DNA of 53,930 nucleotides, counting the filler, from Jimgerdemannia flammicorona (taxonomy: Eukaryota): the NCBI GenBank assembly GCA_003990765.1. It is 2 parts of 2 records of this genome, joined end to end, with 100 filler letters (N's around TTAATTAATTAA, not from the genome) between each part and the next. Parts side by side here need not be neighbours in the genome. Positions count along the whole stretch, not along the records: positions 27,017 to 53,930 come from RBNJ01000679.1; 1 more part is not named here. One strand, 5' to 3'. Under the pieces are notes generated by a model that saw only the letters and a program-made list of their open reading frames with translations, did not search any database and was not told the DNA's origin. This document shows, one piece after another, positions 36,831-48,086 of the stretch. A program made the position numbers and the translations under genes. Positions within the stretch are counted from its first letter, which is position 1; every line of letters starts with the position of its first letter.

Positions 36831-36997
36831 AATCTGCCTTTAAGCTACAAGGCACTCAAAAAAATATATTGCACATCTAAGATATATATTTAGAATAAAC
36901 AAACAGAAATATAATTAGGAATCAGAGATCAAAATGAAATCAGAAATAAATAGGAAGTAAATCAGGAAAATAAAGAACTTACCAGTGTGAACAGATC

Positions 36998-38261
36998 TTA
37001 CTCTTCATTGCTATAAACCAACTGATCCTCCTCCTTCTCATATTTCAAACCATCTTCCTCCATATATTCTGAACTGCTTTCCTCTATATTCTCCTCCTCC
37101 ATATCCTCCTCTGTGCTGACCTCCTCCATGCCAACCTCCATTTCATCCTCTGCACTGACCTCCCCATGTTCCTCTGTGCCAACCTCTCCATGTTCCTCTA
37201 TGCTGACCTCCCCATGTTCCTCCGCACCAACCTCCCCTGTGCTGACCTCCCCATGTTCCTCTGCGCTGACCTCCCCTACACCGACCTCCCCATGTTCCTC
37301 CATACTGACCTCCCCCATGCTGACCTCCCCCGCACTGACCTCCCCCATGCTGACCTATCCACTGACCTCTCTACCAGCACCGACTCCTCCACTGGCACTG
37401 ACCTCTCCCACCTCTCCATTTCCTCCACCACTATCTCTCTCAACAAAATGCACAAGCCTGCCATCCATCAGTCACATATAAAGCATTTTGTCATTCTTCA
37501 CTGGTACTTATTCAAATATGGCCAGCAGTTTTTCATATTCATCCATGATGACAATTCCATCTGAACAACCTTACTTGTTCCATACTTTGGCATTCATCTT
37601 GAAGCCAGTATAGTATGATGAATATTCCATAATTTTCACACAGGTTTCTATTGCTCTTATGACTTCTTGCCTCAGTTGGTCATCATGTACTTTCTTAATA
37701 TGTTTGTTGACCACAGCAAAAGTATGCCTAATGTCCGATTTGTAAGGCCTTTTCTCCATGAGGTTTGGGGCATCTGGGAAATTGGTTTGGTAATGCTTCC
37801 AGGTAGTGTTTGGGTAAACTTGATGGCAAAAATGGCAATTGTAGCAAGATTTGCACTCCAGCCCAGACTTAGAAGTTAGAGGATATGTATATTTCGAATG
37901 TTATTAGGAAAAAAAATTCAGACATTGATTTAAAAAGAAAAAAAAAAAAAAAACTAACTTTTTCAAGCTGTGTTATTGAGATCTGGTGGGGGACCTTGTG
38001 CTTGCAGACCAGTAGTGAGCTGGTGGTCAAGCTGAAGATTGGAGAGCTGAGGGTCAGTGAGCTGGAAGTTGGTGAGCTCAGCAACCTGGGTGTTGGCAAG
38101 CTTGGCAGGCTGGGTTTTGGCAAGCTCAGCAGGCTGGGTGTCAGTAAGCTTGGCAGACTGGGTATCAGAAAGCTCGGCAGGCTGGGTGTCAGCAAGCTGG
38201 GCATCTTTAGGGGACCAAGCTTTGGGACAGCAAAGTAAATACTTATTGGCTGGGTGGTCAT
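36998..38261 (-). pseudogene. Accessory ORF of the hAT element: (S/P/L)-rich 21-bp repeats, Cys/His cluster, acidic 24-bp repeats
   Basis: PSLLTP repeats at 38060-38210. A GT-AG intron at ~37958-37868 joins VCKHKVPH...LEK to SGLECKSCYNCHFCHQ in frame. EEHGEVSA repeats at 37110-37350. At least one frameshift is needed. Confidence 0.5.
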
Positions 38262-38644
38262 ATCTATATTTTCTCAATATAGTGGTGAATTAAGTGAGGC
38301 AAAGTGAAGGACAAGGCAAAGCAAAGGATGAGATGAAAAGAACAAGAGACAAAAGTAAGCTTTCGATATCTTAAATGTTTAAAAGCTATAATATCTTTCA
38401 GAAGCTCTTTCAGAATCTCTCCGAAATCTCTTTCAGAAGCTCTTTCTAAATCTCTTCGAAATCTCTTTCAAAATCTCTTTTGAAACCTATTTCTAAATTG
38501 CATATTGTTTGTAATCTGAGGAATGAGGGTGAGGGAGGTAGAGGAATATGTGAGGGTTGTGCAAGAGGAGTGGAATGCAAGAGGAGTAGAATGCAAGAGG
38601 AGTGGAACATAGTGAGGAAAGCTCCAGATTGCAAGCATAAGTAT

Positions 38645-39173
38645 AAGCATAAGCATAAGTGCAAGCTTTGCTCCACTCAGCTAATAGCTGATATCACATG
38701 ATATTAGCTTATTATCAGCTTGTCAGACTGAGCAGAACAAAGCTTACACTTATGCTTATGCTCCTCTCTACGTGATTCAGTAAGTTCTGTGTAAGCCCTG
38801 ATTGAGCAAGGTTTGCAATGACATTTGAGCAAGGTTTGTAGTGCATTTGAGCGAGATTTGCAGTGAGATTTGTAGTGAGGTTCAAGTGAGATTTGCAAGC
38901 AAGATTTGCATAAGTCAGGCTTTGCAAGCCTTGCACTTGCAAGCTCAGCTGATAGCTGATATCATATGATATCAGCTTATATACATGTCATATCAGCTTG
39001 TGACTGAGCTTGTCCAGGCTTACAAGTGCAAGACTTGCAAAGCCTGGCTTATACAAATCTCACTTTAATCTTACATGCAAATCTTGCTTGCAAATCTTGC
39101 TCAAACCTCGCTACAAATCTCACTCAAATGTACTACAAATCTCACTCAAATATCATTGCAAACCTTGCTCAAT
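38645..39173. repeat. Two long imperfect palindromes (38645-38762; 38801-39173) between the hAT's two ORFs
   Basis: AGCATAAGCATAAGTGCAAGCTTTG pairs with CAAAGCTTACACTTATGCTTATGCT. ATTGAGCAAGGTTTGCAATGA pairs with TCATTGCAAACCTTGCTCAAT. Both are centred on AGCTGATATCAYATGATATYAGCT. Confidence 0.85.
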
Positions 39174-39619
39174 ATAGAACATGCTGAATCTCCAAAGTAT
39201 ATTTGCTGTTTGCAGTTGCGTGGTGGGTACCAGTTCACCACCTGTGCATATTTATTCATCCATCCTCTGTCCACAATCAATCATTGGCTATCACATACCA
39301 CCTTGCTGCTCTCCCTCTCGCTGCCCCCCAGCTTACTGACTCCTGTTCCAAGCCCCACAGTTCCTGACTTTTTCTGCCACTTGCTGCCTCCCCCCAACTC
39401 CCTGCCCCCTAGTTCACTGCCCCCCCAGCTTGTTTCCCAGTTTGCCACTCCCTAGCTTGCTACTTCCTAGCTACTTTCCAGCTCTCAGCCTCCCACTCAA
39501 GCTCCCAGTCCCCACCATCATCAAACATTCGAAATGTCTAAAGATCAAGAAGTACATTTAGGAGAAATCTCGGAACTATCAGATGATATATTGGAGGATA
39601 TATCAGAGGATATATCAGA

Positions 39620-41860
39620 TATCTCCACCAGTTCGTTATCACTAATGAGTATGAGAATAAAAATAAAAACAAAACCTGGTGATAGCTAAGTGTGGAATCA
39701 TACCATAAAGGTAGTTTTATATATTGTACTAATGGTTGCATTTATAGGGGTGATTGGTCTCATCAGTTGTAAGGGTGGGTGGTTGGTTGTAAGCAGTTGA
39801 GGTTCTAATATAGTCTCATATCTCTCTATTCAAATAGAATTTCCAAAGTAAGCTCATCAGTTGCAACCATTGCATGACTTGGAGCTATATATTGAAGGAT
39901 GGCAATATCAACAATCTTAAATGATATCTCTAGAAGTATCACAATGCTATACTCTTACCTCTCCAGTATGCTGAGAATCATCACTGGTCTAAGAAAGATG
40001 ATATTGTGAGTATGGATAGAATGGAATTCGGGAAGTACTTAGGAGATTATTAGAAAAATAATTCATCAAATTTTATTATTACAAATAGGATCACACTAGC
40101 AAGACTTTAAGTGATGAAAATTTCCACCAGTTAATTGCTAACTTCATTGTCACTGGATATCAGCCATTCTCCACTATCAAAAATGCTGGCTTCAAGTATC
40201 TCCTTCACATATTACACCCTGATCTGGCCCTTCCATTGGCTGATATGATTTTGTGAGTTATTTGAAAGAAATTCAAACTATTGTGAACTCAAGTGAAAGC
40301 AAGGCTAACAGGGCTCAAGTTGAAGGTGTTACTTACACTTGATTATTAGACATCAGACGTTAACATCAAGACCTTCCTTGGAATAATAGCCCATTGGATT
40401 GACAGTGATTGGAAGATGTATGATATTATCTTAGACTTTGTGAATATCAGCAAAATAACACACACAGGTGCCAATCTTGTGAAAAGTCTGGAGCTGGTAA
40501 TAGATGATTTATTGCCTAGTGACAATTAAATCATTGCTGTTGTGTGTGACAATACCAGTAATAATGATACTCTATTTGAGAATCTCCATCATCTGCTTGC
40601 TCATATATGCTGTTTTGGATATGTGTTGAATCTCATCATTCATGATGCTCTTGGTTCTCTTAGCAAGCCCATTGGAAAGCTATAAGAGTTAATAAAGAAG
40701 ATCAAAAATTCAGCGCAATGATAAGCACAACTGGCGAAGGTCTGTGAATCCTCCAGAATTCCCATTTTGAAGCCTCTCTTAGATGTTATGATGAGATGGA
40801 GTTCTATACATGAAATGTTAGCACATGCTTTAGAGATTAATAAGATAAGATTTTGAATCTATTTGTATAGATTTTAGAATATGATTCAGAAGTATTTTGA
40901 TACTAAATAAATTTATATTATATCCAAATAGGGCTTGGATATATTGTGTGCTATGGATAAGCAAATGAGTGATATACCTAAAGATGCATGGTAATAATTT
41001 GAAATAATTTGCTGATTTCTTGAGCCTTTTGCCAAAGTGACAACTGTGATGTCAGCTTTGAAGTATTCTACAATAGCAGCTGTTATCCCACTATTTAATC
41101 GGCTATGTGATCACCTCAAAGATGTCATTGATACATATCAAACTGGTGAATATTTTAATCAGGTATATATATGATTTTAAAAGTAATCTTATTTGTGAAT
41201 TTAGGAACTAATTTAGTAAGTAATTGGGAAGTAATATGTATATATTTTTATTTTTTATAGATAATGCTTACTACTGCTGAGAATGTATGTATGAAACTTC
41301 TAAAGTATTACTATAAGATGACACCATTATACAACATAGCTTTGGTCTTAGATCTATATATCAATATATATTATTTCTATCATAAGCAATGGAAAAAATC
41401 CTTAATTGATGAATGGAAGAATCAGATGGAACATATCTGGGAAAAGGAGTATAAGCCTGTTAATGCTGTCATTATACCCTCAATATCTCATGATGCCAAT
41501 GATTTTATCAACTCAATATATGAGAAGAAACAGCATGTCAATGTGGATGATGAGCTTGAATGGTGGGTGTTGTTTTTATGTTTTTTGGTTGGCTTGGTTA
41601 ATTTTCACTCATATTTCTCTGTTTCAGTTATTTGTCAGAGAATCCAGCTGATTCTCATATAGATATACTGGATTGGTGGTGGTGAAATCAGTTGGTATAT
41701 CCCAATCTTTCACAAATAGCTCACAATTATCTTACTATTTTGGTGACATCTGTTCCATCTGAATGTATTTTTTCTATTGCTGGTGAGCTAGTGACTGAAC
41801 ATCAAAACAGCTTGTGTGTAAATACATTTCGTGCATACATGTGTTTGGATTCTTGGTGAT
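39620..41860 (+). pseudogene. hAT transposase (intron-containing, degenerate)
   Basis: LTLDY*TS (~40330), VCDN (~40545), CCFGYVLNL (~40610), MRWSS (~40790), FLEPF, ALVLD, and the dimerisation domain WW...YPNLSQIAHNYLTILVTSVPSECIFS (~41670-41780). Confidence 0.85.
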
Positions 41861-41934
41861 CTTCAGATATTTTTCACTTTCAATTGCTCTGAATATTATC
41901 CAAATATTTTCTGAATCATTTTTTCAGGGCAGAG

Positions 41935-42250
41935 TTCAGAGGGTCAAGTTCAGGGTTGGGTTCAGGGGTTGGGTTCAGGGTTGGGTTCAGAGGTCAGGTT
42001 CAGGTTTAGGTTAAGGGTAAATAACAGGTTGGGTGATATACATTTCCAGGTTGGGTTAAAGATGGGTTATGTTTAATTCCAGGTCAGGTTAAAGATAGGT
42101 AATGTATCTTTCCAGATTGGGTTAAAGATGGGTGACATACAATTCTGGGTCAGGTTAAAGATGAGTGATGTATAATTCTGGGTCGGGTTAAAGATGGGTG
42201 ATATATAATTCCAGGTTGGGTTAAAGATGGGTGACATCTAATTCTGGGTT
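41935..42250 (-). repeat. Right subterminal repeat array (GGGTTCA short repeats plus the reverse complement of the 39-bp units)
   Basis: GGGTTAAAGATGGGTGATATATAATTCCAGG-like units, inverted relative to 36485-36830. Confidence 0.85.
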
Positions 42251-44738
42251 GGCTGTTTTATGGATCAGGTTTCAGATTAATCAGGTTGGGTTTGCAGAGC
42301 ACTAGAGTCAATGCAGCTACTATCAAAAACACTTTAAAGAAGTAGTACCCACCACAAGTAGATAGACTAGACAATTTGGTATTATTAGATCAGAAGGAGG
42401 AGATCTTCCAGATTCTTGCTACAACTTCACTGAGCACTATACTGGATGAGGATGGTCTGCTCTAGGACTTCTGGAAGAAGATAGTGGGAGTTCCTGGGGT
42501 GCTAGGAGAGATGATAGCACTTTGCAACTTGATATTACAGTCAGAGAAGTGAGTGGGAGAGCAGGACTGGGGGTTGGTAGTATTATTGTATAAGGACAAG
42601 AGCAGGAGGGAGGATTGGAAGAACTGGCAACTGATCATACTTCTTCTGGACATAAACAGAAAGATAATCACCAAGGTAGTTGTGGCAAGGCTGCAGAAGG
42701 TGGCTCAGCAAGTTCTGAGTGAGGAGCAGTGGGGCTTTATTAGAGGCCAGCTCATCAGGGATAGCACAGCTTGGGTTCATAACATTATTGAGAGAGCTCA
42801 AGCCTGTAGACTAGATGGGAGATTGGTCTTCCTGAATCAGAAGAAGGCCTATGACCACATCCAGTGGGTCTGGTTGGTAGGGATACTGGATAAGATTAGT
42901 GTCTCCTAGCTATTCTGAGAGTCAATGATCAGTCTACTGAAAGGGAGTAGGGTGGTACTCATATACAATGGTCATCAGGAGGTGGCATTCTCTCTAGATA
43001 GAGGTGTTTCCCAGGGGGACCTGCTGTCTCCTATTTTATATACTTTGTCCTTGGAACCATTGATGGATAGAATTTGATACAAAGTGGTAAGCTATCTGTG
43101 TTTGGAATTGTCTGGAAGATTGGGGCCTTTGCAGATAACATAGTGGTGGGCCTTGGGTCGATTGCTGATATGGGAGCTCTTAGAAAACAGTGGAGTAGTA
43201 TGAGGTGCACTCTGGGGTGAAACTCAACTGACACAAGTGTAAGATGATGGTATTAAGCAATGGTCTGATGGGAGGAGATGTCATTGGAACAATTGTCTCT
43301 ACTGGAGATGCTGTACAGTACTTTGGTATTTTTCTCTTTATCTATGAATCTGTTCTGTCTAGAACTTGGTGGAAGCAGAGAGTTATTATTTTGGGGGAGG
43401 CCCTGCAGAGCTAGAGTGGCTGCCACATCTCTTTGGCAGGCTGTGTTTCAATCCTGAATATTTACTGGCTATCAAAGCTGTGATATTTGACATATCACTT
43501 GAACTTTTCAGCCTTAGTAGTGAAGAGGCTTTTGAAGCTAGCCAAAGACTGGATCTGGGCTAGGAGAAGGAGTCAGATTAGCTGGAAGATTCTGTCATTA
43601 CCAGTGAAGAGAGGAGGTCTTGGGCTAGTTGACTTCCTGAAGAGGCTTTATTGTCTGCAAGCATGGTGGCTGAAGAGGGCTATAGAACTGAGGGGGGGGG
43701 ACTGGGTACCTCTGATATAAAAGGTCTCAAAGATGAGATTTTCACCATAGGACTTGTCTGGGGATCTATTGTCCTTGGTTGGGCTTAGGAGTAGTGGATG
43801 CATGTGGTATAAGAGCTTCTGGTGGGGGGTAGTTAATGGGGCACACCATATCAGTCTTCACTGGCAGAGGGCTGAGAGAGAGATACCATAGGGTCCAGCA
43901 ATGTGGAGATGAAACTACATGTTGTTGGGGAACACTTCACTGATTGACTTTAACATTGGTGATAGAGTAGAGTACCAGAGAGAGTTAAGATAGAATGCAT
44001 GACCTAGTGGCTAGCAGACAATGGATATTGGAGAGGAGTGGAACTGGAATGGAATCTGGACTTGGAGTACAGAGGTGCAGTATTGAATGTTACCTAAGTT
44101 CTAGGTGGTATAGTAGTACTTGCTGAGGAGAAATGTCATGCTCAACTTTTACTCTAGCCACCTTATAGAAGAGAGCCAATTTGAGTGTGAGGAGTGCTAT
44201 AATGTAGAATAGAAAAAGGGATTTATACAGATGCCCAAACATTGGCTTAGAGTGTGTGAGGTACTTGGAGTCTTTTGGTTAGTAGTCAGAACTCAACTAG
44301 GAGTGGTGAGGAGGGAGGTTGATGAGAGGTAGATGGGGAGACTTAAAAGATAGATTGGTGGGGAGGATTGATAATGAGTGGCTCATAGTTGGGTAGACTC
44401 TGGCTGTATAGGTGGGCTGGCTAGATACTAACTGTGAAAGGAAGGTGATTGAGTTTGAAGAAGTGACTGATAAGATGAGTAGAATTGATGGTTGATGTCA
44501 TAATGGGTTGGTAGCTGAGTTGAGGTCTGCAGAGGAGTCATCAGCACTACTTAGTGGAGAAGATCTGTAGGCAGAGTAGGGGAGAGTTGTAATAGTAGAT
44601 GGTAAGGTAGTCTTCAAGCATGAGGGAGTGGGGAGAGGACCCCCTTAGGGGGATTGGGTAGGGGGCAGAGTGTTGGGCTGGGGTACTGTATTTATATTTA
44701 ATAGACTAATAATAAATAGTGAAGTCTAAGAGACTATA

Positions 44739-44801
<63 letters not shown>

Positions 44802-44805
44802 TTAT

Positions 44806-47800
44806 TGTTGAGATATGACAACTCAATATATATGTTGACATTATCATAGAAGACATCACCAATCAGTGTGATCAGTACATGTAAATTCATATCACATGTA
44901 TTATCCAATAAATCACTCTTTCTTCTCTATATCTCAAAGAAGTACTATTATACAACAAAGGTTATGAGCCCCACTAGTACAAAGCAGCAATAACCATAGT
45001 AAAAATACCTCTTTAATATATGCTATGCTACACACACAACACTATGATAGATCATGATGATTAAGAAGAGCAAGGAAGCTCAGATCAGCCAATCACAAGC
45101 ATTCTGGCAATAGTAGAAATAGTCCCCATTATGGGTGTAACCATGGGTGTAACCATAATGGGTATAGAAATAACAGTTCCTGTTATAAGTGTAAACATGA
45201 GCAAGAGGTCCATTCTGATCTTCAATGGGAAAGATTATGCCATTTGGGCATTCTATATAAAGAATCTCCTTGACAAATATGGCTTAGCTATCTATACAAA
45301 GCTACAAGTACAAATTTCACATTACAATACTAACAATGATCACTAAGTACTATGAGAGATTACATTCATACTGTTGAATTTGCAAATGAAGCTCATAATG
45401 CACACTATGATGATACATGACATATGAGAGGTTCTACACATAAATCACATTCAAGTATCTACATTAAACAGGTTCCACTTGAAATCACAGCTATTCAACA
45501 TAAGAATGAAGCCCAAGGAGTGCATCTGTGATTACATCAATCAGGTCAATGACCTGGTGAATGAGGTGAATTCTGTCAGTATATTGATAGATTGCATTGG
45601 TGATAAAGACAAGGTTCTGGTGCTTACAAGAGGCCTTCCTGAGATGTACAATATAGTTGTTGCCACTATACATGAAAGTGAGAGCCTTGTGAACTATACC
45701 CACATGATCACAAGCCTCATCAATAGGGAAATGCACCAAGGAAACAGTCCTAATGATACCAAAGATGATGATGAAAGGGCATTCTATGGGTTCTACAGAT
45801 ATAGCACTGGTAGCAAACATGGTCAATAGCAAAAAGGCGACCAACAAAGAGGAGGAACCTAAACCCAAAATCAATGTGATAGCAGCCAATCAGGTAAGAT
45901 CGATGAGTATTATTATTACTATGGCAAGTATGGCCATATATAGTGTGATTGCTATTGTAAGGATAAGAAAAGTAGTGAAAATGAAAATAAGTAAGGAAAA
46001 GAAAAGTGTGGAGAGAATTATGGCAAAGAGAAACATAGCTATACAAATACTGCTAAAACTAATGAAAGTGGTAATCTATTTTTTGTATAAGATAATACCA
46101 GTTTTGCCAGATCCACCACCAATCCGTCATCTATAACCAGTCAGGAAAATACTTTTAGGCTGATGAAAAGTGGTGATGATAGCAATCCCAGTAAATGGGC
46201 CAATACAGTCAATGACAACAATGTCTGGCTCATGGATTCAGGAGCCACACAATATATGACAGCCCACTGGGAGTGGTTCTCTATGTATGAATTGTTTGAA
46301 CATCTGGTACCTATCAAACTGGGGAACAACAATATAATCTATGCTCAAGACAAAGGAAATGTAGAGATACATCTCTACAGGAATGTTGTCAAGCCTGTAG
46401 CCACTCTTGGAGATGTACTATACACTCCGGAGATAGAAAAGAATCTCTTTTCCATAGGTAAGATAATGGGTTGAGGCAATAAGGAGATGTATATACATCC
46501 AAAAGACACAACTATATATGGCCTATATAGTAATAAATATAATAAGATATTGATGATAGTCTCAAAGTGAGGCAATCTATATATGATCAATGATATACTG
46601 AATGAAGCAAAAGCCTTTGCATATACAACAACAACTATGTGTGATATATACAATACATGGCATAAATATTTGGGGCATATCAGCAAATCGAGCCTTGAAT
46701 GGATGATCAGAAATAGCTCAGTGAGTAGATTGCCAGCATATATACACATAGATAACAACTTCTGTAAAGATTGCATGGTGAATAAGATATTCCAGCACCC
46801 ATTTGAAGAATGATGAAAGTATGTCTCAGAGATCCTAGATCTTATCTATACTGATATATGCAGTCTAATATATGTATATAGCATCATATTCCAGTAAGAG
46901 GTATTTCCTCATATTTATCAATGATAATATATATAAGGTATATATATATCTTCTATTAGTGAAAAGCAAAGTCTTAGAGAAATTCAAAGAATTTAAAGTG
47001 ATTGCTGAGAATGAGATGAGATGTAAAATATACACTATATGCTCAGACAATGGCCAGGAGTACATAAATGGCCAATTTAGGCAATTTCTGACAAAATACA
47101 GCATATGCCATTAGACAATGGCTCTCTATATACCTCAGAAAAACAGCATGGCTGAGCGATTTAACTGTATAGTTGTAGAAATGATGTATATGATGATTAA
47201 TATAGCTGGATTGGGATACTCCTATTGGGTAGAAGCCATAAATATGGTAGTATATATCTGTAATCAGTATATATCTCAATCATTAAGCAAGGACTCTGGC
47301 AATAAGTATTCCAGGGATACTGATTGTACTTCTGAGGAATTATGGAGTAGAATGAAGCCAGACATATCCCATCTATGGATCTTCAGTTGTGAGGTATATA
47401 TCCTCAATAAAAGCAATATAAATCAGTATAAATTCAAGCCAAAGGCCAGTAAGCATGTCCTTCTAGAGTATAGTGGGAAATCATATAGGCTCTGGAATCT
47501 GTATATGAGACATATGGTAATTTTGCATGATGTACAGTTTAGAGAAAAGAGAGATTCAGAGACCTACATGGATGTATCAGTCAAGATATCTATATTCCAG
47601 CCAGTACAACCACCTCTAACATCTCTGAAGGCTCAAGCAGTGAATCAAAATTATTATCAACCACTATATGAGCTTGAGCCAACATTATCTGAAGAACCAG
47701 AAGAAATGATTAAGATTAAAGATGATGATGAATCCTCTAGTAATGAGGAATCCATTAAGAGTAAGGGCAAGCAAAAGCCAAAGCATAAGTCTAGGAATGA

Positions 47801-48086
47801 GATATGTTCCAATTTAGGAAGTTATTGGGATGCACCAGTAAGCCCAAGGTGGCAACACAAGGATCATGTGAGCTATACTGATGTATATGAATGCATATAC
47901 ATCATGATATCCAGTGAGCCATACATATATGACAAGGCTATGTAATGCCTGGACAGTAAGAAATGGGAACACACAATAGATGAGGAATATGATTTGCTCA
48001 TCGAAAATAATACCTGGGACTTAGTATCTCTTCCACAAAATCATTAAGCAATAGGATCCAAATGGGTGTATAGAATAAAGTGCAAT
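44806..48086 (+). mobile_element. Ty1/Copia LTR retrotransposon, 5' portion, interrupted at the start of RT by LINE copy 3
   Basis: Short LTR TGTTG...CAACA (44806-44957) and PBS. Gag FNGKDYAIWAF; protease WLMDSGATQYMT; WHKYLGH...CKDC; integrase SDNGQEY, PQKNSMAERFN; RT start ENNTWDLV...GSKWVYRIK. Confidence 0.9.
44960..44971 (+). promoter_or_regulatory. Copia PBS GGTTATGAGCCC (internal, half-molecule tRNAiMet type)
   Basis: Lies 2 nt after the LTR end and matches the GGTTATG(G/A)GCCC PBS known for Drosophila copia / yeast Ty5-type elements. Confidence 0.8.

Larger units (their letters stand above)
36449..42304 (+). mobile_element. hAT-superfamily DNA transposon
   Basis: 8-bp TSD GAGCCAAT (36441-36448) / GAGTCAAT (42305-42312). 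Imperfect TIRs TAGTAC.../...GCACTA. Inverted subterminal repeat arrays and a hAT transposase remnant. Confidence 0.92.
33063..44798 (+). mobile_element. LINE copy 2, interrupted by a hAT element at 36449-42304
   Basis: Same ORF1/ORF2 motifs as copy 1 (ORF2 ATG ~35153; RT at 42550-43150). Colinear across the insertion. Poly(A) tail at 44738-44798. Confidence 0.9.

Noticed and set aside
41935..42070. GGGTT(A/C)-rich tract resembling telomeric repeats
   Set aside because: It is irregular, internal and part of the hAT right subterminal array.
44726..44908. Poly-Phe ORF
   Set aside because: It is the antisense reading of the LINE poly(A) tail.
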